Positions 57,337 through 64,000 of a stretch of 64,000 bases of DNA are shown in pieces (within the stretch, counting starts at the first letter, position 1; each line of letters opens with the position of its first letter). This stretch comes from a candidate division FCPU426 bacterium. Its GTDB lineage: Bacteria > Oederibacteriota > Muellerivitia > Muellerivitales > Muellerivitaceae. Below the pieces are notes generated by a model, which had not been told where the DNA came from, made no database searches, and saw only the letters and a list, made by a program, of their open reading frames with translations. Both the position numbers and the translations under genes were made by a program. The stretch lies in NCBI GenBank assembly GCA_963796105.1, contig CAWCKJ010000003.1, positions 800,001-864,000 on the forward strand, given 5' to 3'.

Positions 57337-58872
57337 ATGCGAAGAATTATTTTATCCAGTGGATGCAGGTTGTTTCTTTTGGCGCTTCTGGGTTTCATCC
57401 CAATCGCCTGCGCGAATAATAACAACCCAACCCAGCCGGGAAGATCGACTCCCGTCGCGACTTCAACTCCCACCCTTACGCCCCAGTACAGCGCCACCTC
57501 GACCCCAAGCCCAACGCCAACGGCCACTCTATCTCCTACCATCACCGTAACTTCCACACTGAGTCCCACGGTCACCCCTACCGGCACTCCGACGATAACT
57601 TTTTCCCCGACTTTTTCCACTACCGATACCCCGACTTTGTCCCCCACTCCCCTAACACCTACCTATTCATATACCGCCACCCCTTCTTCAACCTTTACCG
57701 ATTCACCCACGCCGAGTCCCACGGACACCGCCACAGAAACATCTACGGAAACTCCCACCCCCACCGCTACTTCTACCCCTACGCCTTCTCCGACCTTCAC
57801 CGATTCCCCCACGCCTAGCCCCACGGACACTCCCACTGAGACATTAACCTTTACCCCCACCGCTACCGCGACCGATACACCCACTTTTTCACCAACTATC
57901 ACGAATACATCCACAGAGACCCCCACTGAGACATCAACCTATACCCCTACGCTTACCCCAACAATCACTCCCACCCCATTGACCGCAAACTGGACCATCG
58001 GAACCGGATCATTGCCCTTTTCCGTTATTTCAGCCACAGCCCTGGTGTACAACGGCAAAATGTGGGTCATGGGAGGAACCCAGGGTTCAGCCACCAACAA
58101 CGTCTACTATTCCACTGATGGCGCCACGTGGTTCCAAGCGGCCGCCACGGCGCCTTTCACGGCGCGTACCGAACTCGCTTCCGTCGTGTTCGGCGGCAAG
58201 ATGTGGGTCATCGGCGGATATTCCGCCGGAACTTGTTTTAATGACGCGTGGTATTCCACCGACGGTTCCACCTGGACCCAGGCGCCGGCCACGGCCCCTT
58301 ATCCGGCCCGTTCCGGCCATACCGCCCTGGCGTATGGCGGATTGATGTGGGTCATCGGGGGAAACAATTGCGGCAACGCGGTCAATGACGTGTGGTACTC
58401 CTCCGACGGGGCCACCTGGACCCGCGCGCCCGCCACCGCGCCCTTCCCGGCCCGTATGTACCATACCTCACTGGTATATAACAGCATGATGTGGGTTATC
58501 GGGGGCGTACCGGGGTACACTTCGGGATTAAATGACGTTTGGTATTCCACCGACGGCGCTACTTGGACCCAGGCTCCCGCCACTGCGCCTTTTCCCGCGC
58601 GTTACGGCCATACTTCAGTTCTATACGACAACAAGATGTGGGTTTTCGGCGGGAATGGATCAATGGGTTCCATAAGCGATTATAACGACTCATGGTATTC
58701 CACCGACGGCGCTACTTGGACAAAGACTCTCACCACTAATACTTATCCCGCGAGGTTTTTACATACCTCCGTGGTGTATAACAATTCGACCGGTTCAGGG
58801 CTTGACGGCGAGATGTGGATTATCAGCGGGAGGCAGAGCGGGTATCAATACGATACCTGGTACGCGCCCTGA
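57337..58872 (+). CDS. Lipoprotein with Thr/Pro-rich linker and Kelch-like beta-propeller
   Basis: Lipobox PIAC; ~180-aa PT linker; repeats KMWVIGG..NDVWYSTDGATWT..PFPAR. Confidence 0.85.
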   Translation: MRRIILSSGCRLFLLALLGFIPIACANNNNPTQPGRSTPVATSTPTLTPQYSATSTPSPTPTATLSPTITVTSTLSPTVTPTGTPTITFSPTFSTTDTPTLSPTPLTPTYSYTATPSSTFTDSPTPSPTDTATETSTETPTPTATSTPTPSPTFTDSPTPSPTDTPTETLTFTPTATATDTPTFSPTITNTSTETPTETSTYTPTLTPTITPTPLTANWTIGTGSLPFSVISATALVYNGKMWVMGGTQGSATNNVYYSTDGATWFQAAATAPFTARTELASVVFGGKMWVIGGYSAGTCFNDAWYSTDGSTWTQAPATAPYPARSGHTALAYGGLMWVIGGNNCGNAVNDVWYSSDGATWTRAPATAPFPARMYHTSLVYNSMMWVIGGVPGYTSGLNDVWYSTDGATWTQAPATAPFPARYGHTSVLYDNKMWVFGGNGSMGSISDYNDSWYSTDGATWTKTLTTNTYPARFLHTSVVYNNSTGSGLDGEMWIISGRQSGYQYDTWYAP

Positions 58873-59030
58873 GTGTTGGTTCAGCGAAAGCCTGATTGAG
58901 GTTCAGCATGTGGTGGAATTGGAATTTTTTCCCCATCCCATGAATCCCCTGCATGCCAGCCATCCATGAAGCTTATAGGGAGGCTGGTATCGTACCGATT
59001 TCATTATCTGGTTTATGGAAAATCGGAAAA

Positions 59031-59114
59031 TCCCAGCGAAAAATTGTTTAAGTCTTAAATTCAGGTTTGATTTTCGCGACACGAAAATCCTCATCCATTT
59101 AACATTTAAAAATT
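59031..59114 (+). repeat. Dispersed intergenic repeat copy B
   Basis: tcccagcgaaaaattgtttaagtcttaaatt..gattttcgcgacacgaaaatcctc.. Confidence 0.75.
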
Positions 59115-59235
59115 AGAACTCTAGCTATGTTTTTCTTTTGCCGAGGATAGGTTTAATCTGTAATTTTTCATTCTTCATTGTTCATTTCCGTTTTGTCAGT
59201 TTTCTCCCACATCCTGAAAACCATAAATATCTCTT

Positions 59236-60221
59236 TATGCTTATGCACAAAGTGACCGTGCTGTAATGGGTTTTGCTAAGGCACATGCGGTCAAAGCACG
59301 GTGAAATAAGGAATCGGGATCATGACGACGGTTGAACCGATAGGCATATTCACTTAGATACCGGCCTAAATACTTAGCATCAACGCCATGATGAGTTCCA
59401 ATGATCCAGGCCTTGGCGTTGGAAATGAACCGGTGTACCCAGGGCAACCAACTTTCCAACTCTTTCGGGTCATTGGCCATCACCCGGTAGTCTGCCTCCA
59501 CTCCTTTGAGTTCACGCAAGGCTGGCGAAGCATCTGTGTTGAGGAAAGAGCCTTTTTCCATAGTCTGATTCACGAATTCCTGGCTCTCCCACTTGGTTTC
59601 CATAGCTACCTTCACCTTGGCAAAACCCGCTTTTTCCTTCTTGCAACCATTCTCATCCACCCATTCCTTGCTTTCCACCGCCACCAAGACTTCCACTTGG
59701 TTTTCCTTGGCCTTTTTCCCAAAAACCGCCCCATCCAACTCAATGACGCCCTTTAGAGTATAGCTTTCGTCCTTTTGCCTAAGACCTTCCCGGATCTTAT
59801 GCAATAGAAGCCATGCCGAATGATCCGAAAGATTTAAATGCCGCTTCAGTTCCAGGGCCGAAATACCCCGTTTGCCCTGCATCATCAAACTGATGGCCCT
59901 GACCCAGGTTAAAAGAGGCAGCTTGGAGCTTTCAAAAATCGTCCCGGCGCGAAGCCGAAGACGTTTCCGGCAATAGTCACATTCCCTCACTTCAGGCTTG
60001 GCCTGGTGTTGCCAGAAGCTTTCGCCCTCACATTGGGGACAAACAAAGTCTTTCCCGCCGAAACGGCATCTCCACACCCATTGGCGGGCTTCTTCTTCCG
60101 TGTGGATTTTCCTCAGAATTTTAATGCTTTTCATCCGCTGGTAGCTCATGTACCACCTCCCGTAGCGGACAGTATACCTATGTATTCCTTTATTTCAAGG
60201 GTCACTTAATACAGAAGCATG
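59236..60221 (-). mobile_element. IS1595-family insertion sequence, copy 2
   Basis: Same element as copy 1; flanked by tatctctt at 59228-59235 and 60222-60229. Confidence 0.92.
59241..60149 (-). CDS. IS1595-family transposase
   Basis: Protein identical to 35676-36584. Confidence 0.92.
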   Translation of the reverse strand: MSYQRMKSIKILRKIHTEEEARQWVWRCRFGGKDFVCPQCEGESFWQHQAKPEVRECDYCRKRLRLRAGTIFESSKLPLLTWVRAISLMMQGKRGISALELKRHLNLSDHSAWLLLHKIREGLRQKDESYTLKGVIELDGAVFGKKAKENQVEVLVAVESKEWVDENGCKKEKAGFAKVKVAMETKWESQEFVNQTMEKGSFLNTDASPALRELKGVEADYRVMANDPKELESWLPWVHRFISNAKAWIIGTHHGVDAKYLGRYLSEYAYRFNRRHDPDSLFHRALTACALAKPITARSLCA

Positions 60222-60229
60222 TATCTCTT

Positions 60230-61215
60230 TATGCTTATGCACAAAGTGACCGTGCTGTAATGGGTTTTGCTAAGGCACATGCGGTCAAAGCACGGTGAAA
60301 TAAGGAATCGGGATCATGACGACGGTTGAACCGATAGGCATATTCACTTAGATACCGGCCTAAATACTTAGCATCAACGCCATGATGAGTTCCAATGATC
60401 CAGGCCTTGGCGTTGGAAATGAACCGGTGTACCCAGGGCAACCAACTTTCCAACTCTTTCGGGTCATTGGCCATCACCCGGTAGTCTGCCTCCACTCCTT
60501 TGAGTTCACGCAAGGCTGGCGAAGCATCTGTGTTGAGGAAAGAGCCTTTTTCCATAGTCTGATTCACGAATTCCTGGCTCTCCCACTTGGTTTCCATAGC
60601 TACCTTCACCTTGGCAAAACCCGCTTTTTCCTTCTTGCAACCATTCTCATCCACCCATTCCTTGCTTTCCACCGCCACCAAGACTTCCACTTGGTTTTCC
60701 TTGGCCTTTTTCCCAAAAACCGCCCCATCCAACTCAATGACGCCCTTTAGAGTATAGCTTTCGTCCTTTTGCCTAAGACCTTCCCGGATCTTATGCAATA
60801 GAAGCCATGCCGAATGATCCGAAAGATTTAAATGCCGCTTCAGTTCCAGGGCCGAAATACCCCGTTTGCCCTGCATCATCAAACTGATGGCCCTGACCCA
60901 GGTTAAAAGAGGCAGCTTGGAGCTTTCAAAAATCGTCCCGGCGCGAAGCCGAAGACGTTTCCGGCAATAGTCACATTCCCTCACTTCAGGCTTGGCCTGG
61001 TGTTGCCAGAAGCTTTCGCCCTCACATTGGGGACAAACAAAGTCTTTCCCGCCGAAACGGCATCTCCACACCCATTGGCGGGCTTCTTCTTCCGTGTGGA
61101 TTTTCCTCAGAATTTTAATGCTTTTCATCCGCTGGTAGCTCATGTACCACCTCCCGTAGCGGACAGTATACCTATGTATTCCTTTATTTCAAGGGTCACT
61201 TAATACAGAAGCATG
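60230..61215 (-). mobile_element. IS1595-family insertion sequence, copy 3 (tandem with copy 2)
   Basis: Followed by a third tatctctt at 61216-61223. Confidence 0.88.
60235..61143 (-). CDS. IS1595-family transposase
   Basis: Protein identical to the other two copies. Confidence 0.88.
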   Translation of the reverse strand: MSYQRMKSIKILRKIHTEEEARQWVWRCRFGGKDFVCPQCEGESFWQHQAKPEVRECDYCRKRLRLRAGTIFESSKLPLLTWVRAISLMMQGKRGISALELKRHLNLSDHSAWLLLHKIREGLRQKDESYTLKGVIELDGAVFGKKAKENQVEVLVAVESKEWVDENGCKKEKAGFAKVKVAMETKWESQEFVNQTMEKGSFLNTDASPALRELKGVEADYRVMANDPKELESWLPWVHRFISNAKAWIIGTHHGVDAKYLGRYLSEYAYRFNRRHDPDSLFHRALTACALAKPITARSLCA

Positions 61216-61334
61216 TATCTCTTTAATTGATCGTTTTACAGCCTAGGAGTATGATCATTAAATCGCTGTAAATACGCGGGGAAACACCCATAACTTTCCA
61301 GATTATTAAACGTCTAAATATAAGGAGGTATCTC

Positions 61335-62321
61335 ATGAAATATATGTCCATTCGGTTTTATGTCTTAATCCTCGGGGCCACGGTCCTCCTGGACGCAGGG
61401 TGCAGTTCCAAAAATAGCCCAACTTCCACACCCAATAACTTCTCCGCCCCATCCCTATATTCCCAAAAACCAGAAACGGCGATTACACAAACACCAGAGG
61501 ATAATCCATCTGGTATCAGCTATTATGACGGCCATCTTTGGGTTGCCTTTGATCGGGGGGGGGCAACGCCCTATTTAGGCGAATACAACACAAGTGGCCA
61601 ATCCATTACTGTAATTGACACATTTAATGGCAATAGCAAGTTCTTCGGTTCTACGGACGTAAAAACCGGGCCGGATGGAACGGTCTATGTTGCGGATTCG
61701 GATAATAACCGAATTGATGTTTTCTCTTCTTCCGGTGCTTATCAAACTGCCATCACGGGTTTATCTTATGGCAGAAGTGTCGTCGTAAACTCGTCCGGAA
61801 CCACCCTTTACGCGCTGGACGGAACTCCGGCAATTCAAGTCTACAAAATCGATAATTTCACAAAACCCAAGACTTTTACCTATGTCGGAATCCTCGGCAC
61901 GATAAGTCCAGGGGTGAATGCCTCTTGCGAACCATTCTATTTAGCTATAGATTCCAACGGTAATGTCTACGTAAGCATCATGAACGAGAACTATTCACCC
62001 AATATGTATTATTCGTCCATCCTTAAATACAGCCCGACTATTGGTTCGACCCCGGTCTCTTTCAGTTCTTCTTGTACTAATCCGGAAGGTATCGTTGTTG
62101 ATCACGAGGGTAATGTTTTCATGAGCTGCTACTCTCCCTCGAATTATGTTCAAGAATTCACCCCATTGGAAAATACCTATACCGCGGGAGTTACATTTGG
62201 AAATGGGATTTTAGATTATCCCATTGGACTTACTCTGGACGAATCAGAAAACCTCTATGTGGCCGACAGTGGCCATAGTCGGATTTTGGAATACAAACGA
62301 GAGTCTTTAAGGGGCTTTTAG
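61335..62321 (+). CDS. NHL-repeat lipoprotein
   Basis: TAAGGAGG RBS; lipobox DAGC; VYVADSDNNRIDVF, YPIGLTLD..LYVADSGHSRI. Confidence 0.85.
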   Translation: MKYMSIRFYVLILGATVLLDAGCSSKNSPTSTPNNFSAPSLYSQKPETAITQTPEDNPSGISYYDGHLWVAFDRGGATPYLGEYNTSGQSITVIDTFNGNSKFFGSTDVKTGPDGTVYVADSDNNRIDVFSSSGAYQTAITGLSYGRSVVVNSSGTTLYALDGTPAIQVYKIDNFTKPKTFTYVGILGTISPGVNASCEPFYLAIDSNGNVYVSIMNENYSPNMYYSSILKYSPTIGSTPVSFSSSCTNPEGIVVDHEGNVFMSCYSPSNYVQEFTPLENTYTAGVTFGNGILDYPIGLTLDESENLYVADSGHSRILEYKRESLRGF

Positions 62322-62387
62322 GCCTCTACCCCAACTCATCATTCATAATTACCATGAATGTCTTGCCTATCCTATGAATCCCCTGAA

Positions 62388-62483
62388 TCCCAGCGAGAAT
62401 TATTTGAGTTTTATATTGCTGCTTGATTTTCGAGAAACGAAAATCCTCAACAATTTAGAATTCATAATTTAAAATTCAAAATT
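62388..62483 (+). repeat. Dispersed intergenic repeat copy C, ending in AATTTAA-type heptamer run
   Basis: tcccagcgagaattatttgagtttt..gattttcgagaaacgaaaatcctc..aatttag aattcat aatttaa aattcaa. Confidence 0.75.
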
Positions 62484-62489
62484 GTCTTT

Positions 62490-63476
62490 TCAAGGTGGTG
62501 GCGGCGGTATATCCGGCGTGGGCGTCGGCAAGGGTTCCGGAAGCGACATATCTTCCGATCCCGCTATGACCGGCACGACCTCATTGGATTCAGGATAGCC
62601 GGATTCGGTGGGATGCTTGACGACCTTGTGCCTGACCACCTTTTTGGGTTTTTGCTTAGGCTTGGGTTTCGGCTTCGGCTTGGCTTTTTTTACAGGCTTG
62701 TGCTTAACCCGGGGCTTTGGGACGGGGGTGGCCGTGGGCTCCGGCGTGGGGGTGTAAGTCGGTGGAACCTCCGTTGGGGTCATGACCGGGACTATCGTCG
62801 GGACCGGAGTCGGTGGGGGCGGGGGCGGGTTTTCACTCGGCAGGTATTCCGTGAAGTACCACCGCGCCCCGAACCATACGCCCAATCCGAGCAAAATGAG
62901 GAAAAACCAGAAGCCCTTGTTCCCCTTGGGCTTTTCGGCTTCGGGCCTCTTCCTCAAATCCGGGACGATCTTATAGACATCCACCTTGTGGGAAACGTTC
63001 TTGAGCTCCTTGGGGCCCATGTAAACGGTCTTGAATTCCTTCAGGCTCTTGATGTTGTGGTACACGTCCTCGGAGACGCAGATGGTTCCTGGGTCCGCGA
63101 TGGCCTGGAGGCGGGCCGCGATATTGACCCCGTCCCCGAAAATGTCGTTGTCTGCGATGACCACGTCCCCGACGTGGATGCCGATTCGCACCTGGCGGGG
63201 CTCTTTGGCGGTGAAGTCATGCTCGTGGAGGCGCCTTTGGATGGTGACCGCGCAGCGCACCGCGTTGACGGCGCTGGAAAAATCGGCCAAAAAGGCATCC
63301 CCCACCGTCTTGATGACCTTGCCCGCGTGCTTCTCCACCTCTAGATATATGAGGAGTTTGTGGAATTTCAGGTAGGAAAGGGTGGCGGTTTCGTCCAATT
63401 CCATCATCTTGCTGTAGCCCACGATATCCGTGAACATGATGGCGGAAAGTTTGCGGTGTAGGTCCGGATCAGGCAT
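62490..63476 (-). CDS. Class III adenylate/guanylate cyclase with TM helix and Pro/Lys-rich extracytoplasmic tail
   Basis: MFTDIVGYS, KTVGDAFLA, RIGIHVGD..DIFGDGVNIAARLQ; TM helix; PPPPPPTPVPT..KPKPKPK. Confidence 0.9.
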   Translation of the reverse strand: MPDPDLHRKLSAIMFTDIVGYSKMMELDETATLSYLKFHKLLIYLEVEKHAGKVIKTVGDAFLADFSSAVNAVRCAVTIQRRLHEHDFTAKEPRQVRIGIHVGDVVIADNDIFGDGVNIAARLQAIADPGTICVSEDVYHNIKSLKEFKTVYMGPKELKNVSHKVDVYKIVPDLRKRPEAEKPKGNKGFWFFLILLGLGVWFGARWYFTEYLPSENPPPPPPTPVPTIVPVMTPTEVPPTYTPTPEPTATPVPKPRVKHKPVKKAKPKPKPKPKQKPKKVVRHKVVKHPTESGYPESNEVVPVIAGSEDMSLPEPLPTPTPDIPPPPP

Positions 63477-63830
63477 TGAAAACCCCTTCATTTCACTAGG
63501 GAAAACGTGCTTATTATATAAGGCTGGAATAAGGTTATGTTAGAAAAGAAAAGCCGGGGAATATTAGTCAAACGGCTATGATTAGACTTTTTCTCACCTG
63601 TTTTAACTTCAAGTGTTGTCTTCCCATTCGCTTAAAGTTTGTTCAACTCCCTTTTCGATTCCGGTCTTGATCCCCCCTCTACTCTTAAAATTGAACAATG
63701 AAGAAAAAATGGTATCTGGATTTCGATATGATTATTTTCAACTAAATACAGTTAATTTAACGTTTAATTTTTGCATTATATTTATTGTTTTTTTATTGAA
63801 AGTTTTTAAGACCAGTATTAAATTTTTAAT

Positions 63831-64000
63831 ATGACCACACATAAAGTTGTTAATTTCAACTCCTCCGGTCAATCCACCGTTGAATATGCCTTAACCCTGA
63901 CAGTTGTTTTCTTGAGTTTTGTCGGGGTTACCACGCTCTTCTCGGGCCAATTGAACCGTTACTTATCCCAACTTTTCGATATGGTCAAGCTTCCATTTTG
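63831..64000 (+). CDS. Flp/Tad-type pilin (runs to the window edge)
   Basis: MTTHKVVNFNSSGQSTVEYALTLTVVFLSFVGV..LFDMVKLPF; G|QSTVEY Flp motif; probable stop codon straddles the window end. Confidence 0.7.
   Translation, partial: MTTHKVVNFNSSGQSTVEYALTLTVVFLSFVGVTTLFSGQLNRYLSQLFDMVKLPF

Noticed and set aside
36657..59235. Composite transposon between IS copies 1 and 2
   Set aside because: Each IS insertion has its own matching TSD pair, indicating independent insertions.

Overview
64-kb window from a diderm bacterium (it encodes a TonB-dependent receptor, lipoproteins and c-type cytochromes). The many Thr/Pro-rich secreted proteins with 'YPNP...FTIAFRKV...GLY' C-termini resemble those of FCPU426/Goldbacteria-like candidate lineages; this is an inference only. 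Content: a 1571-aa expansin-like protein on a very long Thr/Pro stalk with a T9SS/FlgD-like C-terminal domain; an FG-GAP protein; a GH27 glycosidase; three GT-C-like membrane glycosyltransferases with C-terminal TPRs; three type II TA pairs (VapBC, HigBA, BrnTA); an acyl-CoA dehydrogenase/ETF-QO/EtfBA cluster; a serine-hydrolase homolog with degenerate catalytic motifs; NYN; RluA; tRNA-Leu(CAA); a cyt c/tetraheme/NrfC/NrfD module; three IS1595-family copies (two as a tandem dimer sharing one TSD); TonB receptor + YfiR; EmrAB; pilins; NHL, Sel1 and Kelch-like repeat proteins; and an adenylate/guanylate cyclase. The most unusual structure lies at 15.5-18.7 kb. There the 3' end of a glycosyltransferase gene recurs twice as frame-intact orphan C-termini, each copy ends at a tRNA-3'-like TGGCTCCC motif, and each is followed by a different cargo (HigBA, BrnTA, an AT-rich unknown gene). 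This looks like a cassette-accretion array. No CRISPR array, rRNA, integrase or reverse transcriptase was seen.
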